Assembly: GCA_947260025.1 (NCBI GenBank)
Contig: CAMYON010000001.1
Location: 11,410-75,409, forward strand
Reading direction: 5' to 3'
From: an uncultured Gammaproteobacteria bacterium
GTDB lineage: Bacteria > Pseudomonadota > Gammaproteobacteria > GCA-001735895
DNA: 64,000 nucleotides
Positions 51,933-63,497 of this stretch are shown here, one piece after another. A model generated the notes under the pieces. It did not search any database. It had not been told where the DNA came from and worked only from the letters and a program-made list of their open reading frames with translations. The stretch's first letter is position 1, and the number at the start of each line of letters is the position of its first letter. Made by a program: the position numbers and the translations under genes.

Positions 51933-52965
51933 CGATGATCTGTTTCCAGTGCAGGGTTTCTCCAGCCCTGAAAGGTATCAATCCGACATCCGGGTATGGC
52001 AACGACGCGGGCAAGGTCCAGGCTTCGCGCACGAGCCTGGTTTTGCCCTGGTTTTGCGATAAGCCGTAGAAGTCCGCACCGTTGCGGCTCATGAAGGATT
52101 CGAAATGAGTAAAGTCTGCAGCCAGATCAAAAACTTCCGCGTACAGTTCGAGCGCGCTGTGCGCCGAGTAAATGCCTGCGCAACCGCAGGCCGATTCCTT
52201 GGCCGGTACGCTGTGTGGCGCGCTGTCAGTGCCGGCGAAGAATCGCTTGTCTCCGCTGACGGCCGCTGCGACCAGCGCCAGTCGGTGCTGCTCGCGTTTG
52301 GCAATCGGCAGGCAATAATAATGAGGTCGAATACCGCCCTTAAAAATTGCGTTGCGATTGATCAGCAGGTGGTGCGGCGTAATCGTCGCCCCCAGGTTTG
52401 TGTCGGCGGCGCGCACGTAATCCACGGCGTCCTGGGTCGTGATATGTTCGAAGACGATTCTCAGTTCGGGAAAATCACGACGAATCCGCTCCAGGCTTTG
52501 CTCGATAAAGACTTTTTCGCGGTCGAAAACATCGACTTCGGGTGCGGTAGCTTCACCGTGTACCTGCAACATGAAACCGTGCTGCTGCATGGCCTCGAAT
52601 ACGCGCCCCAGTTTCGACAAATCGGTCACCCCGAAATCCGAATTGGTGGTCGCCCCCGCGGGGTATAACTTGGCGCCATGGATAAACGGCGAAGCGCTGG
52701 CGGCCTCGATGTCGTCGACCCGCGTATTGTCCGTCAGGTAAAGAGTCATCAGTGGCTCGAACTCGCAGCTTGCCGGCAGCGCCGCCAGGATACGCTCGCG
52801 ATAAGCCAGCGCGTCTTCACAGTTGCGCACCGGTGGATTTAGGTTGGGCATGATGATTGCGCGTCTGAACTGTCGCGCTGTATCGGCGACGACTGCTTCG
52901 AGGTATGGAGTATCGCGCAAATGCAGGTGCCAATCATCGGGCGTGACGATAGAAAGGTTATTCAT
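51925..52965 (-). CDS. pyrC: Dihydroorotase (class II, homodimeric type)
   Basis: [18 protein letters not shown] matches E. coli PyrC ([13 protein letters not shown]). The pyrC-rnt adjacency is as in Pseudomonas. Confidence 0.9.
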   Translation of the reverse strand: MNNLSIVTPDDWHLHLRDTPYLEAVVADTARQFRRAIIMPNLNPPVRNCEDALAYRERILAALPASCEFEPLMTLYLTDNTRVDDIEAASASPFIHGAKLYPAGATTNSDFGVTDLSKLGRVFEAMQQHGFMLQVHGEATAPEVDVFDREKVFIEQSLERIRRDFPELRIVFEHITTQDAVDYVRAADTNLGATITPHHLLINRNAIFKGGIRPHYYCLPIAKREQHRLALVAAAVSGDKRFFAGTDSAPHSVPAKESACGCAGIYSAHSALELYAEVFDLAADFTHFESFMSRNGADFYGLSQNQGKTRLVREAWTLPASLPYPDVGLIPFRAGETLHWKQIIDD

Positions 52966-53042
52966 CTATTGCAGTATCTGAATATAGGGTAATAATATTG
53001 GCATAAATTATAATGATTGCCCCAGAGGGCAAATTAATTTGC

Positions 53043-53050
53043 TGTATAAT
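53043..53050 (+). promoter_or_regulatory. Extended -10 element (TGTATAAT) upstream of aceE
   Basis: TGnTATAAT lies about 30 nt upstream of the aceE GTG start. The -35 is not obvious. Confidence 0.35.
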
Positions 53051-53079
53051 CCCGCCAATTTACAACAAAGGCAACGCAC

Positions 53080-55737
<2,658 letters not shown>

Positions 55738-55758
55738 ACGTCGAGCAGGAGCAACCCA

Positions 55759-57099
55759 GTGGCAGAAACCAAGACAATTGCACTACCCGATGTCGGTGAC
55801 TTCAAGGATATCGAGATCATCGAAATTCTGGTTGCGGCGGGCGACCAGGTCGAGCCGGAACAGTCGATCATCGTGCTCGAATCCGACAAGGCGACGATGG
55901 AGATTCCGAGCCCTTACTCCGGCACTATCGAATCGATCGTAGCCAGCGTTGGCGACCGCGTAAACGAGGGCGATGCGATCGCGACTATCAGCACCAGCGG
56001 CGCCCCGGAAAAACCTGCCGAGCCGGAACCGGCTGCGGCCGCGGAACCAGAGCCGCCAGCGACTCCGGCCGCACCGGAAACGCCCCCGCCGGTCACGGCT
56101 GCGGCAGACGAAACCGCTCCAAAGCCCGACGTGATGCCTGGCAAGACTATGAAACCCCATCCCGGGGCCGGTGCCAGCGGTGCCCCTGCGAGCGGCATGA
56201 CCATTCATGCCAGTCCCTCGATCCGCCGCTATGCGCGCGAGCTCGGGGTTAATCTCGAGCAGGTAATCGGCAGCGGCCCGAAAGGGCGAATCGCCAAGGC
56301 CGACGTCAAGGCGTTTATCAAATCGAGCATGACGGCCGGCGCAGGTGCCGGCAGCGGCGGTATAACGGTCAGCGCCCAACCTGAAATAGATCATTCCAAA
56401 TTCGGTGAAGTCGAGACGGTTGCGTTGAGCCGTATCAAGAAGATTTCCGGGGCGCACCTGCATCGTAGCTGGGTTACGGTGCCGCACGTGACGCAGTTTG
56501 ACGAGGCCGACATCACCGAACTCGAAGCCTTCCGCAAGTCGCTGGCAAAAGAAGCCGAGCAGAAATCGGTACGCCTGACGCCGCTGATATTCTTGATGAA
56601 AGCAGTGGTCAGCGCGTTACGCGAATACCCGAATTTCAACGCTTCGCTCGACGCCAGCGGTGAAAACCTGGTCATGAAAAAATACTTCCATATTGGTATT
56701 GCGGTGGATACGCCTAACGGTCTGGTGGTGCCGGTGGTGCGGGATGTCGACCAGAAAGGGCTGTTCGAGCTGGGCGCCGAACTCGGCGAAATTTCGGGGC
56801 GCGCGCGCGACGGAAAACTCTCGCCAACCGAAATGCAGGGCGGATGTTTTACCATATCCAGCCTGGGCGGAATCGGGGGTACCTATTTTACGCCGATCGT
56901 CAACGCACCCGAGGTCGCAATTCTCGGTGTTTCGCGTTCCAGGATGCAGCCGGTATATATCGACGGTGATTTCAAACCAAGGTTAATGCTGCCAATGGGG
57001 CTGTCTTACGATCATCGCGTAATCGATGGTGCGCAGGCGGCACGTTTCACCAATTTTCTGAGCCAGGTAATTTCCGACATTAGAAGGGTACTTTTATAA
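55759..57099 (+). CDS. aceF: Dihydrolipoamide acetyltransferase (PDH E2) with a single lipoyl domain
   Basis: It has one lipoyl domain (ESDKATMEIPS), an Ala/Pro linker, a PSBD (IHASPSIRRYAREL), and a catalytic domain with DHRVIDGA. Confidence 0.9.
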   Translation: MAETKTIALPDVGDFKDIEIIEILVAAGDQVEPEQSIIVLESDKATMEIPSPYSGTIESIVASVGDRVNEGDAIATISTSGAPEKPAEPEPAAAAEPEPPATPAAPETPPPVTAAADETAPKPDVMPGKTMKPHPGAGASGAPASGMTIHASPSIRRYARELGVNLEQVIGSGPKGRIAKADVKAFIKSSMTAGAGAGSGGITVSAQPEIDHSKFGEVETVALSRIKKISGAHLHRSWVTVPHVTQFDEADITELEAFRKSLAKEAEQKSVRLTPLIFLMKAVVSALREYPNFNASLDASGENLVMKKYFHIGIAVDTPNGLVVPVVRDVDQKGLFELGAELGEISGRARDGKLSPTEMQGGCFTISSLGGIGGTYFTPIVNAPEVAILGVSRSRMQPVYIDGDFKPRLMLPMGLSYDHRVIDGAQAARFTNFLSQVISDIRRVLL

Positions 57100-57101
57100 T
57101 C

Positions 57102-58868
57102 ATGAGCGAAATAGATCTGTTATTGCCGGATATCGGTGATTTTGAAAACGTCGAAATAATCGAAATTCACGTCGCCGCGGGAGACAGGGTCGAGGCCGAG
57201 GATCCGATATTAACCCTGGAGTCGGACAAGGCAACGATGGATATTCCATCGCCATCTGCCGGCACCATCAGGAAAGTCAGCGTTGCGGTCGGTGACAAGA
57301 TTTCCGAGGGTAGCAAGCTTGGCACGATAGAAAGTGCCGAGGCCGCGGCAGAAAAGCCGGCCAAAGCTGCGCCCACTAAAAAAGCTGCGCCTGCGAAAAA
57401 GGCGGCACCCACCAAAAAAGCTGCCCCCGCCAGCTCGGATAAACCCGATGGCGGCGGTGAGATTAACACCGAAGTCCTGGTGCTGGGCGCCGGGCCGGGC
57501 GGTTATACCGCCGCTTTTCGCGCTGCCGACCTGGGTAAAAAAGTGGTGCTGGTTGAGCGCTACGACTCGCTCGGCGGCGTTTGTCTGAATGTCGGCTGCA
57601 TCCCCTCGAAAGCGCTGTTGCATACCGCGCTGATTATCAACGAGGCCGCGCACATGAAGGCCAACGGTGTAACCTTCAACAAGCCCAAAATAGACTTGAA
57701 GGGTATCAATAGTTTCAAGAGCAAGGTGGTCGGCAAGTTGACCGGCGGACTCGCCGGGCTGGCGAAGCAGCGCAAGGTTACCGTGATTCACGGCGTCGGC
57801 GAATTTATCGATCAGAATACTTTGCAGGTCGACAATAACGGTGAGCTTACCCGCGTCAGTTTCGAAAACTGCATTATTGCCGCCGGGTCGCAACCAACCG
57901 AGATACCACCGTTTCCGAACGATGACCCGCGTCTGATGGACTCGACCGACGCGCTCGAACTGAAAGACGTGCCAAAGAAACTGCTAATCGTCGGTGGCGG
58001 CATCATCGGGCTTGAAATGGCCACCGTTTACCATGCGCTCGGTTCCGAGATCACCGTGGTCGAGTTCATGGATAGCCTGATACCTGGTTGCGACAAGGAC
58101 CTGGTACGCGGCTTGAACAAAATCATATCCGCGCGCTACAAGGCGATCTACCTGAAGACCAAGGTGTCCGAAATCAAGGCGCAGAAAAACGGGTTGAAAG
58201 TGTTCTTCGAGGGTGACAAGGCGCCGAAACCAGCGCTGTTCGACAAGGTTCTTGTCGCCGTCGGACGTCGCCCCAACGGCCACAAGATCGCCGCGGACAA
58301 GGCCGGGGTCAAAGTGGACGAGTCCGGTTTCATTCCGGTCGACAATCAGATGCGCACCAATGTCGCCCATATCTTTGCCATCGGAGACATCGTCGGCAAC
58401 CCGATGCTGGCGCACAAGGCGACGCATGAGGGTAAGGTGGCCGCTGAAGTCATCGCCGGCATGAAGTCTGTATTCGAGCCATTAACGATTCCATCGGTGG
58501 CTTACACCGACCCCGAAGTGGCCTGGATGGGATTGAGCGAAACCGAAGCCAAGGCGCAGGGCATAGATTATGAGAAAGGCGCGTTCCCCTGGGCTGCGAG
58601 CGGCCGTTCTCTCGGTGTCGATCGCGACGAGGGCATGACCAAGATCCTGTTCGACAAGGAGACGAAACGTATTCTCGGCGCCGGTATCGTCGGGCCCAAT
58701 GCCGGTGAATTGATTGCGGAAGCGGTTTTGGCGCTGGAAATGGGGGCCGATGCCGAGGATATTGGATTGACGATTCATCCGCATCCGACCCTGTCGGAGA
58801 CATTCAATTTTGCCGCGGAAATGGCCGAAGGCACGATCACCGACCTGTACATACCACGCAAGAAGTAA
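57102..58868 (+). CDS. lpdA: Dihydrolipoyl dehydrogenase (E3) with an N-terminal fused lipoyl domain
   Basis: It has an N-terminal lipoyl domain (LESDKATMDIPS) and an (A/P/K)-rich linker PTKKAAPAKKAAPTKKAAP. The E3 domain follows: GAGPGGY FAD site, redox disulfide GGVCLNVGCIPSK, and C-terminal His-Pro...Glu. Confidence 0.9.
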   Translation: MSEIDLLLPDIGDFENVEIIEIHVAAGDRVEAEDPILTLESDKATMDIPSPSAGTIRKVSVAVGDKISEGSKLGTIESAEAAAEKPAKAAPTKKAAPAKKAAPTKKAAPASSDKPDGGGEINTEVLVLGAGPGGYTAAFRAADLGKKVVLVERYDSLGGVCLNVGCIPSKALLHTALIINEAAHMKANGVTFNKPKIDLKGINSFKSKVVGKLTGGLAGLAKQRKVTVIHGVGEFIDQNTLQVDNNGELTRVSFENCIIAAGSQPTEIPPFPNDDPRLMDSTDALELKDVPKKLLIVGGGIIGLEMATVYHALGSEITVVEFMDSLIPGCDKDLVRGLNKIISARYKAIYLKTKVSEIKAQKNGLKVFFEGDKAPKPALFDKVLVAVGRRPNGHKIAADKAGVKVDESGFIPVDNQMRTNVAHIFAIGDIVGNPMLAHKATHEGKVAAEVIAGMKSVFEPLTIPSVAYTDPEVAWMGLSETEAKAQGIDYEKGAFPWAASGRSLGVDRDEGMTKILFDKETKRILGAGIVGPNAGELIAEAVLALEMGADAEDIGLTIHPHPTLSETFNFAAEMAEGTITDLYIPRKK

Positions 58869-58907
58869 ATCTTGCGCCGACCGCGGTCGATCGGGTAGAT
58901 CAACATC

Positions 58908-59681
58908 ATGCCGGAATTGAGCTATACCAGTCGCGGCGAAGGTCGACCGCTGGTGGTGTTGCACGGTTTGTTTGGGTCGGGCAAGAACTGGCAATCGCAT
59001 ACGCGCCAGTTCGCTGACCGTTTCGAGGTAATCAACGTCGATCTGCGCAATCATGGGCAATCCTTCCATTCCGACGAGATGAATTATCCGGTCATGGCCG
59101 ACGACGTCGCGCAGCTGTTGCAGGTGCTGGGCCTGCGTAATTGCAACATTCTGGGGCACAGCATGGGCGGCAAGGTGGCGATGACGCTTGCCGTTAAACA
59201 TCCGGCACTGGTTGCTCGCCTGGTGATTGCCGACATCGCGCCGGTCAGCTATTTCCACCACTACGACGATTTGATCGAACCCATCCTGGCATTGCCGTTG
59301 GCAACGCTGGCTTCGCGCGCCCAGGCCGATCAGATGCTGCGGCAGAATATTCCGGAAGACCAGTTACGCGCGTTCCTGCTGCAAAACCTGGTGCGCGAGC
59401 CCGACGGCTGGCGCTGGCGAGTCAACTGGCGAGCGATTCAACGCGACATGGAATTTCTGACCGGATTCGCTGATTTGCCGGAGGACTGGACGATCGAGCG
59501 GCAAACGCTTTTTATTCGCGGGGCGCGTTCGGACTACGTCGGCGATGACGAGGTCGAGGCTATCGAACGTCATTTCACCGATGTGAGCATCGCCACGATC
59601 GAAGACGCGGGCCACTGGCTGCATGCCGAGAAACCGGAGCAATTTTCCGAACTGGCGCTCGAGTTCCTGACGCGGGACTAA
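58908..59681 (+). CDS. Alpha/beta-hydrolase esterase, YbfF-like
   Basis: VVLHGLFGSGKNW, GHSMGG and AGHWLHAEKP align closely with E. coli YbfF. Confidence 0.8.
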   Translation: MPELSYTSRGEGRPLVVLHGLFGSGKNWQSHTRQFADRFEVINVDLRNHGQSFHSDEMNYPVMADDVAQLLQVLGLRNCNILGHSMGGKVAMTLAVKHPALVARLVIADIAPVSYFHHYDDLIEPILALPLATLASRAQADQMLRQNIPEDQLRAFLLQNLVREPDGWRWRVNWRAIQRDMEFLTGFADLPEDWTIERQTLFIRGARSDYVGDDEVEAIERHFTDVSIATIEDAGHWLHAEKPEQFSELALEFLTRD

Positions 59682-59738
59682 TTCTCAAGATTTACCTGAA
59701 TACGCCGATAAACAGTCAAGTTTATCGAACATTCACGG

Positions 59739-60602
59739 TTGGCAATGCCTTTCAAAAGCAGCATTCTGTTGATAATGATGTTGAGCCTCGGCACCAGCGT
59801 ACAGGCGTTGGAGCGGCGCTACGTGGCGACTATGGACGATGCGAAATGGACGCTGACCGAGAGCAGTTCGCTCATCTGCCGTATCGAACACCCGATTCCG
59901 CGTTTCGGCAAGGCGGTTTTTACCCGGGAGGCGGGTCGCGCCATGAAACTCGAGCTGCGAACTCACCATCAGTTCGAACGGGGCATCAACGTCGAGCTCA
60001 GGTCCGAATCCGCAGGCTGGAACAGTCGCCAAACGCGGGCCGTGTTAGCCCGATTCGAGACCAGCGGCCGCCAGACGCTGTTCAAAATTCCGCCGGGAGT
60101 CGCCGAGCAAGCCTATTACGAATTACGCCAGGGATACCAGCCCGGGTTCCTGTTTTACGAAGATAATCCGCTGATAGCCTCGCTCTCTACCGTCAGGTTC
60201 GGCGAGGTCGAAGCCGAGTTTACGCGCTGTGCGGCACAGTTATACGAACGTAATTTTGAAGACGTCCGCGTCAGCAGCATTCATTTCAAACCGGACAACG
60301 AGTTTGCCAGCATTCGGGAAGAAGAAACCGCGTTCACCCGGATGTTCGACTATCTTCGAATCGATGATGCCATTTCCGAAATAGTGATTACCGGCCATGC
60401 CGATAATACCGGGTTGGCCTGCTACAACGAGGGTTTGTCGGAACGTCGCGCCTGGTACGTCTACGATTTACTGGTTGCTCGCGGCATCGATTCGAGCCTG
60501 CTGCGGGTCGACTATGCCGGCGAGTCGAGACCGGCGAGCAAGGGTAGCAACAACAAGGCCCACGCCGCCAATCGCCGGGTAACGGTCGAACTTCGACGCT
60601 GA
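59739..60602 (+). CDS. motY: Flagellar T-ring/stator-associated protein MotY (signal peptide + N-domain + OmpA-like C-domain)
   Basis: It starts at TTG and has a signal peptide. RRYVATMDDAKWTL...CRIEHPIPRFGKAVF resembles the Vibrio and Pseudomonas MotY N-domain (RYVA...C.L.HPIP.FG.AVF). The C-terminal OmpA-like domain is NTGLACYNEGLSERRA. In P. aeruginosa motY is adjacent to pyrC. Here it is 7 kb from pyrC with the PDH operon between. Confidence 0.6.
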   Translation: MAMPFKSSILLIMMLSLGTSVQALERRYVATMDDAKWTLTESSSLICRIEHPIPRFGKAVFTREAGRAMKLELRTHHQFERGINVELRSESAGWNSRQTRAVLARFETSGRQTLFKIPPGVAEQAYYELRQGYQPGFLFYEDNPLIASLSTVRFGEVEAEFTRCAAQLYERNFEDVRVSSIHFKPDNEFASIREEETAFTRMFDYLRIDDAISEIVITGHADNTGLACYNEGLSERRAWYVYDLLVARGIDSSLLRVDYAGESRPASKGSNNKAHAANRRVTVELRR

Positions 60603-60622
60603 AACCCGGGTGCGGGCCGGCG

Positions 60623-61192
60623 TTAATCGCTAGTGCGATTCAGCCGCGAGTACTTGGAATTCCAGTAAACCTCGCCAGCGTCCTCGAACTGCGATTGTGC
60701 TCGCGCCAGGATAAACAGTAAATCCGATAGCCGGTTGATATAACGGCTGGTAACCGGATTGACAATTTCGTTCTCGCCCAGGGTCACCAGCTGACGCTCG
60801 ACGCGTCGACAGACCGTGCGCGCCAGATGCAGGCTGGCCACTGCCTGCGAACCGCCGGGGAGGATAAATTCCCTGAGTTCGTCGAGCCTGGCGTTGAATT
60901 CATCGGCACTTTTTTCGAGCTCGCTAACGTAGTCGTCGGTAATCAGGTGTTTGCCGGGCTGGCAAAGTTCGGCCCCTATATCGAACAGGTCGTGCTGCAC
61001 CGAGAACAGTAGCTGCTGCAGCGGACCGTCGTCGAGCAGGCTCAATGCGAGCCCGAGGCAGGCGTTGAGTTCATCAACCTCGCCCATGCAGTGCACGCGC
61101 GGGTCGTTTTTCGGACGACGGCTGCCGTCTGCCAGGCCGGTGCTGCCCTGGTCCCCGGTGCGGGTGTAAACTCTTGTCAGTCGATTTCCCAT
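60623..61192 (-). CDS. PduO-type ATP:cob(I)alamin adenosyltransferase
   Basis: MGNRLTRVYTRTGDQGSTGL is the PduO/MMAB N-terminal signature. It is co-directional with and immediately downstream of the btuB-like receptor. Confidence 0.85.
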   Translation of the reverse strand: MGNRLTRVYTRTGDQGSTGLADGSRRPKNDPRVHCMGEVDELNACLGLALSLLDDGPLQQLLFSVQHDLFDIGAELCQPGKHLITDDYVSELEKSADEFNARLDELREFILPGGSQAVASLHLARTVCRRVERQLVTLGENEIVNPVTSRYINRLSDLLFILARAQSQFEDAGEVYWNSKYSRLNRTSD

Positions 61193-63150
61193 TATTCGAA
61201 ACTATAGCTTGCGGTTAAAGTGTAATTGCGTTCCGGGCTGGGCTGGTAGGCGGCCCCGAAGCCGTTATTGGTGACAAATTCGGCATATTCTTCGTCTGCC
61301 AGGTTATTAACCCTGAAGTTTACATCCCAGGCATGGTATTGGTAACCGATTCCTGCATTGTATACGGTGATCGAATCCAGCTTGTCAAATTCATTGGCAT
61401 TGTCGCCCTGCGCATACTTGGGCGAGCTGTAGTTATACTCGAGGTAAGTCAAAAATCGATAGTTGAGTCGATAGTCGACGCGCAGCTTCGCGATGGTGTC
61501 GGCAACGCCGGAGACCTCGTTGCCGTCGAAGCTGCCCGACCTGAATTCGGCGTCGACGTACCCGAGATCGATTTTCAGAGCAAACGACGGACCGAGCTGG
61601 CTAGATAACGACAGCGTCAAACCGTCGCGCCGGGTGTCGTCGAGATTTACATTTTCGCCGAAGGGCGGCACGTTTGGATCGAATTCGATTTCATCTTCGA
61701 GGTCCAGCCGGTAAATAGAGGCGATTAGCCGGTGATCGCCCCGGGTAAGATCGAGACCGATCTCGAAGGATTCGCCGGTCTGGGTGTCGAGTATTTCCCC
61801 TGGTTTGGCCAACGCGAGTTCGTTGACCTTGGCAAAACGAAAGTTCTGGTCGTAGCGCAGCTTGATCCGGGTTTGCGCATCGATGAAGTAGGCGAGACCG
61901 AGTTCGCCAACGGTAACGTCGTCGTCATATTCTTCTCCATCCGGGAAAGCGTTACCGTCGGTAAAATCGTTTTCAACCGAGGTGTGCCGCATGCCGAAGG
62001 TAAGCTGCAAGCTGTCACTCAGCTGGGGGTTGAGCTGGAAGTACAGGCTCTGGCTGTCCTGTTCGTTGCTGGAAGTCGTTATCCCGGGGCCGAAAAAGAA
62101 AAAAGGAATTTCAAGCTCGTAGTCGACTTCTTCGAGATCGATACCGACCACGTAAGGTATATCGACCACGGCATGGAAGCTGCCGGACAACTTCGGATTC
62201 AGGCTATTGTTTTCACGATCGTCGAAACCGGTCTCGGGGCTCGGCGAGTTGCGGAAACTCTGCCGAATATCGGCCTCGGTCTCGCGTTGGGTTGCATCTA
62301 TGCTGAAGCGATGATCGCCAAAGTCGCGCGCGTACCCCAGTCTGATAACGGTGATATCTTCATTTCGGAAATCGTCGATAAAACCCGAATTGACCTGGGT
62401 GGGGTCATCCTCGAACTCGGTTTCGGACAGGGCACCGGGCAGTTCCAGGTCGTTGCTGATATCCTGTACCTCGATAAAAAAGTTGTTCTGCGCCTTATCG
62501 TATTCCAGCAAACCGGTGAAACTGGTGTTTTCCTCGGCGTTGTTGTCGCGGTAGTTGTCGGTTTCGAAACTGCCGGCCGACAGGCGATAGGCCAGGGTCG
62601 GGGTCAGCCGACGGGACGAATTGAAATCGATGCCGCGGTAGTCGAAACTGCCGGCACGAGCGCTGACCTGGTGAAAACTCTCGACTGGTTTTTTGGTGAT
62701 GATATTGATCACGCCGCCAACCGCCTGGTCGCCGTAGAGGCTACCCGCGCTGCCCGCGAGCACCTCGATGCGTTCGATATCCTTGAGCGGCACATGGTGT
62801 AAATCCGGTGAGGCGGTATCGCTGTAGTTGAGGCGTCGACCGTTCACCAGCACCAGCGTATTGGCATTGGCGCTCGAGGAGAATCCCCGCAACCCAACGT
62901 TGGCTTCGCTGCCATTGCCGAACAGGTCATCGATTTGCACTCCAGGTATGCCGCGCAAGACCTGGCTGGTCGACGTGGCCCCGCTCGATTCTATTTCGCT
63001 TGCGGTGACGACGTACACGGTGGCGCTGGATGTGTTTCCCGCCTGTTCGGTTCGGGTCGGGGTGATGACGATCGGGCCGAGTTCGGCGTAAGCCTGGGCT
63101 GGGGTAACAGCCAGGTAAAGGCCTATCAACAAGGGATTATAGATCTTCAT
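61192..63150 (-). CDS. btuB: TonB-dependent outer-membrane receptor, cobalamin-type (BtuB-like)
   Basis: It has a signal peptide, a TonB box (PIVITPTR), a plug domain, and a 22-strand barrel ending in the terminal aromatic YSF. The start was set at the second ATG (MKIYNPLL) because GGAGA lies 8 nt upstream of it. A cobalamin riboswitch is in the leader. Confidence 0.8.
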   Translation of the reverse strand: MKIYNPLLIGLYLAVTPAQAYAELGPIVITPTRTEQAGNTSSATVYVVTASEIESSGATSTSQVLRGIPGVQIDDLFGNGSEANVGLRGFSSSANANTLVLVNGRRLNYSDTASPDLHHVPLKDIERIEVLAGSAGSLYGDQAVGGVINIITKKPVESFHQVSARAGSFDYRGIDFNSSRRLTPTLAYRLSAGSFETDNYRDNNAEENTSFTGLLEYDKAQNNFFIEVQDISNDLELPGALSETEFEDDPTQVNSGFIDDFRNEDITVIRLGYARDFGDHRFSIDATQRETEADIRQSFRNSPSPETGFDDRENNSLNPKLSGSFHAVVDIPYVVGIDLEEVDYELEIPFFFFGPGITTSSNEQDSQSLYFQLNPQLSDSLQLTFGMRHTSVENDFTDGNAFPDGEEYDDDVTVGELGLAYFIDAQTRIKLRYDQNFRFAKVNELALAKPGEILDTQTGESFEIGLDLTRGDHRLIASIYRLDLEDEIEFDPNVPPFGENVNLDDTRRDGLTLSLSSQLGPSFALKIDLGYVDAEFRSGSFDGNEVSGVADTIAKLRVDYRLNYRFLTYLEYNYSSPKYAQGDNANEFDKLDSITVYNAGIGYQYHAWDVNFRVNNLADEEYAEFVTNNGFGAAYQPSPERNYTLTASYSFE

Positions 63151-63162
63151 GTGGTTCTCCAT

Positions 63163-63365
63163 TCAGAGAGACACACACAGTTGGCGATAATGGAACAACG
63201 CGACAAGCTGTGAGAACTACCACCCGCAGTTCTGGTCTTGTTAAATCACTTTCAGGCCGGTCTCCGGACTTCGAAGACATTAGCTGACTTCGTTACCGTT
63301 GCGGGGGCAGTACTCGATTTGCACGAGTTTCCCGATTCTCGCGACTGGCGCGCACCTGAAAACGT
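63163..63365 (-). promoter_or_regulatory. Cobalamin (AdoCbl) riboswitch in the btuB leader
   Basis: The minus strand has GAGAATCGGGAAACTCGTGCAAATCGAG (compare E. coli btuB AATAGGGAATCCAGTGCGAATCTGGAG). It continues CTGCCCCCGCAACGGTAA, then the B12 box AAGTCCGGAGACCGGCCTG. P1 pairs TCAGG with CCTGA. A downstream hairpin AGAACT-N9-AGTTCT lies just before the RBS. Confidence 0.7.
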
Positions 63366-63497
63366 GGGCCTAATCTTTGATAAAATGTGTCTCGATGTCC
63401 AGTAAAAGGAGGGCACGATGTCGCAGATAGACTATATTTGCGTCGATACTGGTTCTGTCGCATGATCCCATTCTCGAATTATCGCCGCTAACTATCC

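Noticed and set aside
58869-58907. Palindrome CGACCGCGGTCG after lpdA as terminator
   Set aside because: It is a 12-nt perfect palindrome with no U-tract, 40 nt before the next co-directional gene start. It could be a weak attenuator or a protein site, but the evidence is insufficient to call.
61732-62802. 356-aa plus-strand ORF inside the TonB-dependent receptor gene
   Set aside because: It is antisense to a well-supported TonB-dependent receptor with riboswitch, TonB box and terminal Phe. It has no recognisable domain.
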